Positions 36,666 through 47,849 of a stretch of DNA of 63,990 nucleotides are shown here, piece after piece. Location: IMG/VR virus record IMGVR_UViG_3300021960_000068, positions 1 to 63,990 of that record; one strand, 5' to 3'. How positions within the stretch are numbered: position 1 is the stretch's first letter; every line of letters begins with the position of its first letter. The stretch is from a virus (lineage: Duplodnaviria; Caudoviricetes). The position numbers and the translations under genes are program-made. The notes beneath the pieces are model-generated. The model saw only the letters and a list, made by a program, of their open reading frames with translations, was not told the DNA's origin and did not search any database.

Positions 36666-38129
36666 ATGGCTTTAAGTCCTTTATTTGGGAGTATAGTCCC
36701 AAGTCAACAACAACAATTGCTAGCCACCAACTTCCTTTCTTTTAATGGAGGAACTGGTACTGGCGATTCTGATACATTCGCACAACAGTATCTACCTGAA
36801 ATTTATGAAGCAGAAGTAGAGCGCTACGGAAATCGTACGCTTTCTGGATTCTTACGTATGGTAGGAGCTGAAATGCCTATGACTTCTGACCAAGTTATCT
36901 GGTCTGAACAAAACCGTTTACACATCTCTTATGATGGTTGTACCAACGATCAAACAAATACAATTACTATTCCTGTAGCAGCTGACGTTAAAAACGTCGT
37001 GTCTCCACAGGCTACAATTGTAGCACTTGACGGCGCTGGTAACGAGCTTAAGGCTGTTGTAACTGCTTCTAACCTTACTACTGGTGCGCTTACTGTAGCT
37101 CCTTATGATGCTACTACTACAGCTGCACTTGCTACTACTGGAATTAAAATATTCGTATTTGGTTCTGAGTATGCAAAAGGTTCTTCTACACCTAACAACA
37201 CTTCAGCTACTGCAGCTGATGGCTATGTAAGTGTAGATCCTGCTTTCACACAATTTTCTAACTCACCAGTTATTATCCGTAATAAATACGTGGTATCTGG
37301 TTCTGACACAGCTCAGATTGGTTGGGTAGAAGTTGCTACTGAAGACGGAACTGGAGGTTACCTGTGGTATCTAAAGGCTGAGTCTGAAACTCGTTTACGT
37401 TTCGAAGATTATCTTGAAATGAGCGTAGTTGAAGGTGAGAAAGCTGACACTGCTTTAGGTGCTGGTTCTGCAGCAGCTGCTGGTTACAAAGGTACAGAAG
37501 GTTTATTTGCTGCTATTCAAACTCGTGGTAACGTAGAAGCTGGCTTCAACGCCGCTGCAAGCGCATTAGGAGAATTTGATAATATCCTACGTAACTTAGA
37601 TACTCAAGGTGCCATTGAAGAAAACATGCTTTTCTTGAATCGTGAAACGTCTCTAGGATTTGATGATATGCTAGCTGGTATTTCTAGTGGTGCTAACGGT
37701 GGTACTGCTTATGGATTGTTTGAAAACTCTGAAGATATGGCATTAAACCTAGGGTTTAGTGGTTTCCGCAGAGGTTCTTACGACTTCTATAAGACTGACT
37801 GGAAATATCTAAACGATGCTTCTACTCGTGGTGCTATTAGCGATGGATTGATTCCACCAGATTATGGCGTAAGCGCTATTGATGGGGTATTAATTCCAGC
37901 AGGTACATCAACAGTTTACGATCAAGTTCTTGGTAGTAACATCCGTCGTCCATTCTTACACGTACGATACAGAGCGTCACAAACTGACGATCGCCGTATG
38001 AAGACTTGGTTGACTGGTTCTGTTGGAGGTGCTTTCACATCTGATCTAGACGCTATGGAGGTTAACTTCCTATCTGAAAGATGTTTATGTGTACAAGGTG
38101 CAAACAACTTTGTATTATTTACTAAGTAG
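36666..38129 (+). CDS. Major capsid protein
   Basis: Position, 487 aa, strongly biased codon use, followed by a strong terminator. Confidence 0.85.
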   Translation: MALSPLFGSIVPSQQQQLLATNFLSFNGGTGTGDSDTFAQQYLPEIYEAEVERYGNRTLSGFLRMVGAEMPMTSDQVIWSEQNRLHISYDGCTNDQTNTITIPVAADVKNVVSPQATIVALDGAGNELKAVVTASNLTTGALTVAPYDATTTAALATTGIKIFVFGSEYAKGSSTPNNTSATAADGYVSVDPAFTQFSNSPVIIRNKYVVSGSDTAQIGWVEVATEDGTGGYLWYLKAESETRLRFEDYLEMSVVEGEKADTALGAGSAAAAGYKGTEGLFAAIQTRGNVEAGFNAAASALGEFDNILRNLDTQGAIEENMLFLNRETSLGFDDMLAGISSGANGGTAYGLFENSEDMALNLGFSGFRRGSYDFYKTDWKYLNDASTRGAISDGLIPPDYGVSAIDGVLIPAGTSTVYDQVLGSNIRRPFLHVRYRASQTDDRRMKTWLTGSVGGAFTSDLDAMEVNFLSERCLCVQGANNFVLFTK

Positions 38130-38138
38130 ATTACTTTA

Positions 38139-38176
38139 AAGGTACGGGCGCTTCGGCGCCCTATGCCTTTATTTTA
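38139..38176 (+). terminator. Rho-independent terminator
   Basis: GGGCGC-TTCG-GCGCCC with extended stem and T-rich tail. Confidence 0.85.
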
Positions 38177-38197
38177 TTAATTTTATTATATTATATT

Positions 38198-38968
38198 ATG
38201 TCAAAAACAAAAGAAGCCCCAACTGTAGAAAAAGGTTGGGAAATTAAAGATAGAACGTATCTAATAGTAGGAAGATACAAACCATTAACACTTAGAATAC
38301 CATCTAAACATAGCGCTAGAAAACCTATGTTGTGGTATGATAGTGAAAAAAATACACAAAGAGAACTTAGGTATGCTACAAATATGAATTCACCATTTGT
38401 AGACGAGCAAAAAGGCGAAGTAACATTAGGCACTATACTATTTAAAGACGGTGCTTTGTTTGTTCCAAAAGAAAAACAAGCCTTACAAAAACTGTTATCT
38501 TTGTATCACCCAATGAATGGAAAACGTTATAAAGAGTTTGATTCTGTTGTTGAAGCAACCGACGAACTTGATATGATGGAACTTCAGATAGACGCATTAA
38601 ATGCTGCTAGAGGTATGGATGTAGAACAGATAGAAGCTATATTAAGAGTTGAGTTTGGAAGTAAAGTAAATGATATGTCATCTAAAGAATTAAAAAGAGA
38701 TGTGCTTATATTTGCTAGACAAAACCCAGTTTTATTTATAGAACTAGCTAAAGACGAAAATGTTCAACTAAGAAACTTTGCTATTAAAGCCGCTGAAGCT
38801 AAAATAATTAAGTTGTCAGATGATCAACGATCTTTCTCTTGGGCATCAAACGGTAAAAAACTTATGACAGTACCATTTGATGAAAATCCTTACTCTGCTA
38901 TGGCAGCTTTCTTTAAGACAGATGAAGGCGTAGAAGTTTTCAAATCTATCGAGAAAAAGTTAAAATAA
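38198..38968 (+). CDS. Virion/head-associated protein
   Basis: 256-aa ORF after the capsid gene. Confidence 0.65.
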   Translation: MSKTKEAPTVEKGWEIKDRTYLIVGRYKPLTLRIPSKHSARKPMLWYDSEKNTQRELRYATNMNSPFVDEQKGEVTLGTILFKDGALFVPKEKQALQKLLSLYHPMNGKRYKEFDSVVEATDELDMMELQIDALNAARGMDVEQIEAILRVEFGSKVNDMSSKELKRDVLIFARQNPVLFIELAKDENVQLRNFAIKAAEAKIIKLSDDQRSFSWASNGKKLMTVPFDENPYSAMAAFFKTDEGVEVFKSIEKKLK

Positions 38969-38980
38969 CATGTAACAATA

Positions 38981-39010
38981 GTATAGGGCCCGTTCACTCG
39001 GGCCTAATAC
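38981..39010 (+). terminator. GC hairpin (terminator or processing site)
   Basis: GGCCCG-TTCACT-CGGGCC, no U tract. Confidence 0.4.
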
Positions 39011-39035
39011 GCCCAACAAAAATAAATAATTAAAA

Positions 39036-39725
39036 ATGGCTATAAACGTAAATCAGGTATACAAAGCCGTACTCGTGGTATTGCAACAAGAAAAAAGAGG
39101 TGTACTTACACCTACTGAGTTTAATAAAATTGCTACACAAGCACAGCAAGAAATATTCACAGAGTACTTTGACGAGCTTAATCAACTGTTAAGACAACCT
39201 CAGACTAGTCTAGCGTATGCTGATAGATATGCGTTATTAGACGAAAAAATATCTTTGTTTAAAACATTCGCGACTGTAAGTATTAATGCTAATAAAGTAT
39301 CTGTACCCGCGCAAGTTCAAGAACTAGGCACTGTTGTATACAATAATAGAGAAGTTCAAAGAATACAAAAATACGAAGTATACACAACAAACATATCACC
39401 GCTTACAAAACCTACAGCATTTTATCCGGTATACACATACGAGGACGGCGAAATAGAATTATATCCTAACCCATTAACTGGTAGTGTTACTTTAAACTTT
39501 TTAAAGTTTCCAGCTGACGTTAAATGGGGCTTTACTATCGATACAGAGCTTGGTAATTATATCTACAACGAACAAGCTTCAACTCAATTTGAAATACATA
39601 AATCAGACCAACCTCTTTTAATAGATAAAATATTAGGTTATGCAGGTGTAATGAGTAGAGATCAATTAGCTTTACAATTAGCAGCTAGCAAAGAGCAACA
39701 AATAGACGTAGACGGACAAAAATAA
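39036..39725 (+). CDS. Tail ring/adaptor protein A1
   Basis: MAINVNQVY...TPTEFNKIATQAQ; paralogue of 40325-41089. Confidence 0.7.
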   Translation: MAINVNQVYKAVLVVLQQEKRGVLTPTEFNKIATQAQQEIFTEYFDELNQLLRQPQTSLAYADRYALLDEKISLFKTFATVSINANKVSVPAQVQELGTVVYNNREVQRIQKYEVYTTNISPLTKPTAFYPVYTYEDGEIELYPNPLTGSVTLNFLKFPADVKWGFTIDTELGNYIYNEQASTQFEIHKSDQPLLIDKILGYAGVMSRDQLALQLAASKEQQIDVDGQK

Positions 39726-39731
39726 TAAATC

Positions 39732-40313
39732 ATGGCAACAACTATATCAAACGCTTTTATATCGCTTAATGATATTATAAACAACTTTTTAATATCATAC
39801 ACAGGACCTGGTAAATTAATACCAGACGCTGTAAGAACTGAGGTTATATTCCATGCTCGTAGATGCTTACAGGAGTTTGCTTATGAAACTTTAAAAAGTC
39901 AATTTACTGAAGGTCCTACAACTGTAACATCCGGAACTGCTGTTGATTTGCCGGCTGATTTTGTAGCTGTTATATCAGCTAGCATCGTAATTGGTGGTAC
40001 AACATTTCCTCTTGAAGATACTTCTTCACCTTCTCCAGGCACTGGTCAATATTATATAAACTATATAAATAAAACAATCACGTATGGTGATTCAGGTGAT
40101 GCAACTTTAACATATCTTTCTAACGCTCTTACTACAGATGAGTCAGCTGCTATACCTAAATTAGCAGAAGAAGCTTTATACTCTTGTATGATATATTCAA
40201 TACTTGCTAATAGAGAGAATACAAGACCAGACGTTTTACAAAGATTACTTATAGAAAAAACCGACAAGCTAGACAAAGCTAAATCAAGACTAGTCTTTAC
40301 TAACTTCGACTAA
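39732..40313 (+). CDS. Tail ring/adaptor protein B1
   Basis: ISLNDIINNF...LQEFAYETLK...IPKLAEEA; paralogue of 41093-42307. Confidence 0.7.
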   Translation: MATTISNAFISLNDIINNFLISYTGPGKLIPDAVRTEVIFHARRCLQEFAYETLKSQFTEGPTTVTSGTAVDLPADFVAVISASIVIGGTTFPLEDTSSPSPGTGQYYINYINKTITYGDSGDATLTYLSNALTTDESAAIPKLAEEALYSCMIYSILANRENTRPDVLQRLLIEKTDKLDKAKSRLVFTNFD

Positions 40314-40324
40314 AATAAAATAGC

Positions 40325-41089
40325 ATGGCGATTAACGTAAACAACGTGTATCAAACTGTGTTGCTTATATTAAACAAAGAGCAGCGTGGTTATATGACGC
40401 CTGATGAGTTTAATAAAACAGCTACACAAGTACAATTAGATATATTCGAGCAATATTTCGATGATTTAAATCAACAACTAAGAGTACCACAAGCTGATTA
40501 TGATTACACTGACAGGCAGGTAAATTTAGATGATCAAATATCTACGTTTAAATGTTTAGGTAATTGCGGTCCACAAGCTGGTTATTTTGAATTACCTTCT
40601 CAAGATAACTTTACTAATAATACTATAGTTTACAATGACAACCCACAATCAGGTCAATTTGCTTTTTATAGAATAGGAACTCTAACTTGGGAAGATAATA
40701 CTTTGACATACCCAATTGAAATAGAAAGGTTGCAACGAAAAGATTTTTATGAAATACAAAAATCTGAATACACACTGCCAAGCGAAGATTTTCCTGTGTA
40801 TCTATATGAAAATAAACAAATTAGAGTTTTACCAAATGCTATTATAGATGACGTTAAAGCTACATTTATAAGAAAACCTTTAAATGTTATTTGGGCTTAT
40901 TCGACTGGACCTCAAGGTCAGTATATTCAAGACGTAGCCAACTCGCAGGACTTTGAGTTAGAATCTAATGAGCAAGTTAATGTTATACTTAGAATCCTTC
41001 AATACTCTGGTATTATAATTAGAGATCCACAAATAGTTCAAGCTGCTGCTTCTGAAATACAGCAAAATGAAGTAAATAAAAAAAGCTAA
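40325..41089 (+). CDS. Tail ring/adaptor protein A2
   Basis: MAINVNNVY...TPDEFNKTATQVQ. Confidence 0.7.
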   Translation: MAINVNNVYQTVLLILNKEQRGYMTPDEFNKTATQVQLDIFEQYFDDLNQQLRVPQADYDYTDRQVNLDDQISTFKCLGNCGPQAGYFELPSQDNFTNNTIVYNDNPQSGQFAFYRIGTLTWEDNTLTYPIEIERLQRKDFYEIQKSEYTLPSEDFPVYLYENKQIRVLPNAIIDDVKATFIRKPLNVIWAYSTGPQGQYIQDVANSQDFELESNEQVNVILRILQYSGIIIRDPQIVQAAASEIQQNEVNKKS

Positions 41090-41092
41090 TAT

Positions 41093-42307
41093 ATGTCACT
41101 ACTAACAGAAAACAATAGGCAATATTACGAAGGCGCGCAAGGGTTTCAGGGTAATGGATCTAACAAAAGCTTTACTACAACCTTCGATACAGATTTAGTA
41201 TTTGGAGCGTCGAGTAATACTAATGTAAACTACGCTTTAAATAATTTTAAAATATACACTAGTACTAATGCTCAGCCATCTACTTGGAGCGAAGTTACTT
41301 CTGGTTACACAGTTGTTGGAAATACAATTACTTTTGACACAGCTCCAGCTGATCTGCTGTATATAGTAGTTCAACTTAAAAAACTAGACGGTGGTAACTA
41401 TGCTAGTACGCCGCAAGAAAAAGCTTACGGTAACACTGTAGAAAAAAACTATGGATCATATAGCTACATATCTTTAGATGATGTTGTAAATAACTTTTTA
41501 GTAGCTTATGTAGGTGATGGTAAACTTATACCAAGTGTAAAAAGAACTGACGTAGTATTTCACGTTAAGCGTGGACTTCAAGAGTTTAGCTATGATACTT
41601 TAAAAAGCGTAAACAAACTAGAGGTTACTGTGCCTCACAACTTAAGCATACCAATACCTCAAGATTATGTTAACTATGTTAATCTGTATTGGATAGATAA
41701 CTCAGGCGTTAAACACGTTATAATGCCAGGGGATATGCTTACTACAAAACCAACAGATGTATTTTTAGATGATAATAAAGGAGTTCCTATTCAAGATGAT
41801 TTTGGTAACAGCGTTGAAACAACTTCTATAACAAACGATCGCTGGAAAAACAACTTCTTTAAAAACGCAAACAATCAAGACTTACTTAACGATACTATAT
41901 TAGGCTGGGAATATTACTACGGCTATCCAGAGTTTGGTTACGGCCAGCTGTTTGGGTTAGACCCGCAGTTTGCTAATGCTAATGGTTACTTCAATATAGA
42001 TGAAAGATACAATAAGTTTTCTTTTTCTGCTAATCTAGTAGATAGAATAGTTGTATTAGAATACATCTCCGATGGACTTGCAACTAACGAAGATACTAAG
42101 ATACCTAAGATGGCAGAAGAAGCTATCTACGCTCATGTATCGCATGCTATATTAGCTTCTAGGATAAACCAAAACGAATATGTAATTCAACGTTTAAAGA
42201 AAGAGCGTAGTGCTAAACTTAGAAACGCTAAAATACGTTTGTCAAATATCAAGCTTAACGAGATAGTACAGGTTATGCGGGGTAAATCTAAATGGATTAA
42301 ACACTAA
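41093..42307 (+). CDS. Tail ring/adaptor protein B2
   Basis: ISLDDVVNNF...LQEFSYDTLK...IPKMAEEA. Confidence 0.7.
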   Translation: MSLLTENNRQYYEGAQGFQGNGSNKSFTTTFDTDLVFGASSNTNVNYALNNFKIYTSTNAQPSTWSEVTSGYTVVGNTITFDTAPADLLYIVVQLKKLDGGNYASTPQEKAYGNTVEKNYGSYSYISLDDVVNNFLVAYVGDGKLIPSVKRTDVVFHVKRGLQEFSYDTLKSVNKLEVTVPHNLSIPIPQDYVNYVNLYWIDNSGVKHVIMPGDMLTTKPTDVFLDDNKGVPIQDDFGNSVETTSITNDRWKNNFFKNANNQDLLNDTILGWEYYYGYPEFGYGQLFGLDPQFANANGYFNIDERYNKFSFSANLVDRIVVLEYISDGLATNEDTKIPKMAEEAIYAHVSHAILASRINQNEYVIQRLKKERSAKLRNAKIRLSNIKLNEIVQVMRGKSKWIKH

Positions 42308-42313
42308 AATTAA

Positions 42314-45300
42314 ATGGCTGAAGTAAAAAACGCGTTCATTAAATCAAAAATGAACAAAGACCTTGATGCTAGACTTATACCACAAGGTGAATATCGCGAC
42401 GCTGTAAACATACAGGTTAGTAAGTCAGAGGGCGACGACGTTGGGGCTTTAGAAAATGTACTTGGCAACGTTAGTAGAGCTGATTTTGAAGCAGATTCAG
42501 GTGTTTCCAATTTAACTTGCATAGGTTATTTTGTAAATGAATTTGATAGTAATGTATATTTGTTTTTTACAGATTACACAGATGCATATTCTACACCTAT
42601 ACCAACATATGATCCTAATGCAAATAATTTTATATATCAATGTAGTTTAGCTTCTAATCCAAATCCAACAACTCCAGCTACAATAAAAAAATTAGTTGAA
42701 GGTTCTTTTCTTAATTTTTCAACTAATCGACCTATAATAGGCGTTAATGTTTTAGAAAATTTTTTATTTTTTACTGATAATAGAAACCAACCTAGAAAAA
42801 TAAATATTAGTCTTGCTAACCCTAATAATGTTTCTAATCCAACTTATTACAATATAGAAGAAAACATATCTGTAGCTAAATACTATCCTTATAAACCTAT
42901 AGACGTTATAAAAGAAACATCTACGCTTGGTGAATATGAGACTACGATGTATGATGCTTTTAGCGAATTTATACCTTTAAACGAAGGAACACCAGGAGGA
43001 GCACCAACACCTCCAAACGTAAACAATCCGTATTATGAATCTAACTTCCCTGGTGATCCACAGTTTTTAGAAGATAAGTTTGTAAGATTTAGTTATAGGT
43101 TTAAATTTTCAGATGGTGAATATTCTTTAATATCTCCATTTACTCAAATTTGTTTTATACCTAAGCAAGATGGTTATTTTTTACAAGGTGACGAGAAACA
43201 AACTTTTGGAAGTACTATTGTTAAATTTATGGAAAATAAAGTTAATAAAATAGACTTGCAAATACCATTGCCTTCTGCTGGTGATCAATTATTAAATAAT
43301 TTCCATATATCTGAAATAGATATTATATATAAAGAATCAGATGGTTTAGCGTTGCAGGTGGTAGAAACAATACCTATTGACGCTAGTTTTGCGAATAGTG
43401 TAGGGTCAAATACTGTATTTGAGTATTCTTATTTGTCGCAAAAACCTTATAAAACTTTACCATCAAGTGAAATAACAAGAGTTTATGATAAAGTCCCTGT
43501 AAGGGCATTAGGTCAGGAAATTATATCTAACAGAGTCGTTTATAGTAATTTTCAAGATAAACATACACCACCTAGTTTTATAAAATATCAAGTCGGTGCT
43601 AATGAAAAATATATACCAACAAACGCTAATTCTTCAAAAACAAGTATAGAATATCCTAATCATTCGCTAAAACAAAACAGAAACTATCAAGTTGGTTTTG
43701 TGCTTGCTGACAGATATGGTAGACAATCTACCGTTATACTTTCTAACGATCAAGACCCTACGTCTGCGGGTGGTTTTGGAGCTGATACTGTTTATTTGCC
43801 TTATAGACCTGTAAATGATTCAATAGATTTTCTTGGTGATTCGTTAAAAATATCTGTTAATGCGGTTATACAGAGTAATAAAAACGATATTAATACTCCA
43901 AATCAACCTGGTCTATACAACGGTGATTCTACCAGTACTGATTATAATCCTTTAGGTTGGGAAACCTATAAGATAGTTGTTAAGCAATTAGAACAAGAAT
44001 ATTATAATGTATATACCGCTGGTGCTATGAAGGGTTTGCCTGAAGATAACACCTCAGATTTAAACACTTCTTTTATTACTTTAGTAAACGATAATATTAA
44101 TAAAGTTCCAAGAGATTTGACTGAGGTTGGTCCTCAGGATAAAACATTTAGAAGTAGCGTTAGACTTTTTGGTAGAGTAGAAAACAATACTGCAAACTTT
44201 AGCAATATAGGCAACGAGCAATATTTACCAAATAATACAAAACTTTCGTTTACAACTAATGCGATAGAAGATTTGTTTGATTTATTTACAATAGATACAA
44301 GTACACATGCTATAACATCTGATCAAAATCCGTATCACGCTTTTTACAAAGCTGAATCTAATCCTTTTGTAGCTGAATTTATAACAACGCAGACAACTGC
44401 GGATCAATTTGGAGTTATCGCGGAATCAAATCAACCTTATCTTATAATAGAAAACTTAGCTATACTTGAAACAGCGCCTACTATATCTAGGCTTGATTTA
44501 TTTTACGAAACAAGCACGGTTGGAGATATAGATACGTTAAATCAAAACGCTGGGCCTACTAGCGGCGGGGGTGTTCGAAATGTAAATACAGCTTTTCAAT
44601 ATACTCATTTTGAAGATTATGCTACTGGAACAGATGTAACAAACACGTTTTGGTTTATTGATTTTGGTGACAACAAAATAGATCCAGCCTCAGCTGTTTT
44701 AACATCTGTAACAGATAATTCAGGGTCTGGAACAAATAGATACCTTGAATGGACTTTAGTTTCTTTGCCTGATAGTGAGTACAAGTTGCAGACAAACGCA
44801 TATTTTTATTACTCCGCATCACCAGATAATGCAGGTCTTCAAGAATCATATAACTTTACTTTTGAAGTAACAACAAATCAAGGTATAAGTACTGTTACTG
44901 GTGTTAGTGGGTTGTTACAAAACTCTGATCCATCAATAGATAATTCTAACGCAACAACTATACAAGCGTTAGTCGGGCAACAATCTGTTTTACCAAATTT
45001 AACTGGTAAAAATGGATCAAATGACCAAAACTCAAATACTACAACATATACACAAAACCTAACGTTTAGTATAGTTAGCTCAACAGGTAATGGCGTATAC
45101 TCTGTTGTTAACAATAATGAAGTTCAAAACAGTAATACTCAAGCAGCTGGAACAGGTAGTTTTACAGTTAGAGTTACTGATAATGGAAACCCGACGGCCA
45201 AAACTGTAGATAAAACTTTTGATATTGTTTTTGATAAACCAAATACAAATTTACTTTCTTACAAAGCTTTCCCTACATTAAGCGGTGCGATAAATGGTAC

Positions 45301-46408
45301 GCTTACCGATAGTCGAGGAGCTGCTATATACTTTACAGCTAATTTTGATAATCTAACAGACAATATACCAAACAATTTTGGAAATATAAATTATAATTCT
45401 AATGGTTACAATACTAGTTTTTATTTAAAAGGATTAGTACAAAATTTATCTACACCAATAAACAACAGATCTGTTTGTGATCCTAACCAAGTAGGCTTTA
45501 TGGGTGCACCTGGTAGTCAAAATTCTGGTTTTGCAAATGAAAGACAAACAACAGGTGGTCTTACAACTGGCGCTTTTTACGTATATTTTAATCCTATGAT
45601 TTCTAAATCTATGAGCGGTATGTTTAACCCTGAAGAGATTAATTTTAGATACCAAATAGCTTATAGAGTAGATTCTAACGATACTTGGTCTACAGCTGTT
45701 GATATAAATGGTAACGCTGCAGACTATTCAGGAACATGGAAATATGATGGTCAGGGCACAGAAGGTTTAGATAATCAATACTATGTTGGTTCTAACTGGC
45801 TTTCTAGCGGTAGTCCTCAGGTAGTAGTTGCTAAAATTGAAAATAACTCTGCACCAAGGTATGCTGGTTTAGTTTATGCGTTTGATACTCCGGGCGAATA
45901 TAGAATTTTGCACTCAAATATGGCTTCTACTTTTGGAAAGCTAACACCTCAAGGAGATAATCAAAACGGCTTCAGTTGTACCGCATTTCCTTATTACAGT
46001 ACTGAAATGGAGCATGTATTTGAAACAGGTGATTTTTATTATCCAGGTAGTTCTGCTGGTGGCATTGATGATGCTATAGCTGCAGGTAGCGGAGATTCTA
46101 ACAATGTGTTTAGATATAGAATAAGCCAGGGAAGTTGTTCATCATTGCCAAGCTTAAATATTTATGCTAGAGAACCTGTAGCGAAATATGTAACACAATT
46201 GTACACGGATCAAGCTTTAAGCACTAAACTTCAATCTATATCGGGAGGAACTTCTTATGTAATTAGAAGAATGGAAAACTTAAGCTCAACTGCTAGCGCT
46301 TATTTAAATCCTGAATATACTAAAAATGGTACGTACCAAATATCTTTTCAAAACACTACAGGGCTCGTGAGCACAGGGCTAGACAGCCCAAAACCTTGTT
46401 ATTATTAA
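42314..46408 (+). CDS. Tail stabilisation/nozzle protein (N-terminal part) with Ig-like extensions
   Basis: MNKDLDARL..GEYRDAVNI, FTDNRNQPRKIN, FSYRFK, SLKQNRNYQVG. Confidence 0.75.
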   Translation: MAEVKNAFIKSKMNKDLDARLIPQGEYRDAVNIQVSKSEGDDVGALENVLGNVSRADFEADSGVSNLTCIGYFVNEFDSNVYLFFTDYTDAYSTPIPTYDPNANNFIYQCSLASNPNPTTPATIKKLVEGSFLNFSTNRPIIGVNVLENFLFFTDNRNQPRKINISLANPNNVSNPTYYNIEENISVAKYYPYKPIDVIKETSTLGEYETTMYDAFSEFIPLNEGTPGGAPTPPNVNNPYYESNFPGDPQFLEDKFVRFSYRFKFSDGEYSLISPFTQICFIPKQDGYFLQGDEKQTFGSTIVKFMENKVNKIDLQIPLPSAGDQLLNNFHISEIDIIYKESDGLALQVVETIPIDASFANSVGSNTVFEYSYLSQKPYKTLPSSEITRVYDKVPVRALGQEIISNRVVYSNFQDKHTPPSFIKYQVGANEKYIPTNANSSKTSIEYPNHSLKQNRNYQVGFVLADRYGRQSTVILSNDQDPTSAGGFGADTVYLPYRPVNDSIDFLGDSLKISVNAVIQSNKNDINTPNQPGLYNGDSTSTDYNPLGWETYKIVVKQLEQEYYNVYTAGAMKGLPEDNTSDLNTSFITLVNDNINKVPRDLTEVGPQDKTFRSSVRLFGRVENNTANFSNIGNEQYLPNNTKLSFTTNAIEDLFDLFTIDTSTHAITSDQNPYHAFYKAESNPFVAEFITTQTTADQFGVIAESNQPYLIIENLAILETAPTISRLDLFYETSTVGDIDTLNQNAGPTSGGGVRNVNTAFQYTHFEDYATGTDVTNTFWFIDFGDNKIDPASAVLTSVTDNSGSGTNRYLEWTLVSLPDSEYKLQTNAYFYYSASPDNAGLQESYNFTFEVTTNQGISTVTGVSGLLQNSDPSIDNSNATTIQALVGQQSVLPNLTGKNGSNDQNSNTTTYTQNLTFSIVSSTGNGVYSVVNNNEVQNSNTQAAGTGSFTVRVTDNGNPTAKTVDKTFDIVFDKPNTNLLSYKAFPTLSGAINGTLTDSRGAAIYFTANFDNLTDNIPNNFGNINYNSNGYNTSFYLKGLVQNLSTPINNRSVCDPNQVGFMGAPGSQNSGFANERQTTGGLTTGAFYVYFNPMISKSMSGMFNPEEINFRYQIAYRVDSNDTWSTAVDINGNAADYSGTWKYDGQGTEGLDNQYYVGSNWLSSGSPQVVVAKIENNSAPRYAGLVYAFDTPGEYRILHSNMASTFGKLTPQGDNQNGFSCTAFPYYSTEMEHVFETGDFYYPGSSAGGIDDAIAAGSGDSNNVFRYRISQGSCSSLPSLNIYAREPVAKYVTQLYTDQALSTKLQSISGGTSYVIRRMENLSSTASAYLNPEYTKNGTYQISFQNTTGLVSTGLDSPKPCYY

Positions 46409-46410
46409 TT

Positions 46411-47844
46411 ATGGGAGCGGTAATAGAAGTAAAATATTTTAACTCTTTTTTACTAAGGAAGACAGTTGAAGCTGGAGCAACGGGTACAACACCTCCTATT
46501 TGGATGGGTAGCACAGGTATCCCGTCTGGTGATGGATCTTTTCCTGAAACCCCAATAGTTAATACAGATCAATCTAAAAGCTGGGTTGTAGAAGAAGCTC
46601 GTATACGTGGTGGTTATAACAATACAAATGTTGATTATGGCGTAAGAGCATATTTAGTAGATGAAGAACCAAATGGAAGTGTAAGAAGTAATGCGCTTAT
46701 ATATTCAGGTATATTTAATTCTAGAACTGGTATTAATGATACAAACGTTTTCAATGTTGCTGAGGATATAACTAAAGCCGCGGATCCAGCAAACGGTAGT
46801 ATACAAAAATTATATGCTGAAGATACAAACCTTATTATATTTCAAGAAAATAAAGTTAGTAGAGCGCTTATAGATAAAGATGCTATATATTCTGCTGAAG
46901 GCGGTGGAACTGTTACGTCTGCTAATTTAGTTATAGGTCAAATTGTTCCTTACGCTGGTAATTTTGGTATTAGTAGAAACCCAGAAAGCTTTGCTGTATA
47001 TGGCTATAGAAAATATTTTGTAGATAAAAACAGAAATGCTATACTACGCTTATCACAAGATGGTATTACTGAAATATCTAATTATGGTGTATATGATTAT
47101 TTTAGAGACGAACTTTCTAATTTAAACGTTGGTGATAAAGCTATAGGTGCTTGGGATGTATACACAAAACAATATGTAGTTAGTTTACAAGGTTCTAACA
47201 TAACACCGACAATATCAGGAGCGCAAGGTCAGTTTTCAGACACATATCAAACTTTAGCGTTTGATGAATCTGTACTTGGTTGGACTAGTAGATTTACTTA
47301 TAAACCAGAGCAAGTATTTAGTCTTAAGGCTAAGTTTTATAGTATAAATGATGGCGCTTTGTATGAACACAACTATCAAGAGTTTGGTAGCGATGATAAT
47401 AGGTCTAAGTTTTATGGCATATACTCTGATTCTAGGATTACATTTATATTTAACCCAAAAGTTAGCGCGTCTAAGGTATTTAAAACAGTAAACTACGAAG
47501 GCTCATCAGGTTGGGAAGTTTTTGAATTTAATGCAGCTAGAAGTTTTGATCAAAATGATACAGCTAATTTGGTTTATAGTTACGATGAAGGAAGTTATAT
47601 GCAAAACGGTATACAATATTACGCTGGGTTTTATAAAAAAGAAGGTAAGTATTTAGCTAACCTTATAAATAACAGTCCAGCTACATCTCAAGAAGTTGTA
47701 TACGGTGCAAGTGTTTCAGGTGTAAAAGGCTACTATGCAACTGTGACTATAAGAACAGATGATAGTACACAGGTGGCAGGAGCAGGTGGTAAGACTCGTG
47801 AGTTGTTTGCGGTATCTTCTGAATATGTAGAATCAAGTTATTAA
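46411..47844 (+). CDS. Tail stabilisation/nozzle protein (C-terminal part)
   Basis: GSIQKL, FGISRNPESF, RLSQDGITEIS, KKEGKY. Confidence 0.75.
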   Translation: MGAVIEVKYFNSFLLRKTVEAGATGTTPPIWMGSTGIPSGDGSFPETPIVNTDQSKSWVVEEARIRGGYNNTNVDYGVRAYLVDEEPNGSVRSNALIYSGIFNSRTGINDTNVFNVAEDITKAADPANGSIQKLYAEDTNLIIFQENKVSRALIDKDAIYSAEGGGTVTSANLVIGQIVPYAGNFGISRNPESFAVYGYRKYFVDKNRNAILRLSQDGITEISNYGVYDYFRDELSNLNVGDKAIGAWDVYTKQYVVSLQGSNITPTISGAQGQFSDTYQTLAFDESVLGWTSRFTYKPEQVFSLKAKFYSINDGALYEHNYQEFGSDDNRSKFYGIYSDSRITFIFNPKVSASKVFKTVNYEGSSGWEVFEFNAARSFDQNDTANLVYSYDEGSYMQNGIQYYAGFYKKEGKYLANLINNSPATSQEVVYGASVSGVKGYYATVTIRTDDSTQVAGAGGKTRELFAVSSEYVESSY

Positions 47845-47849
47845 ATTAT

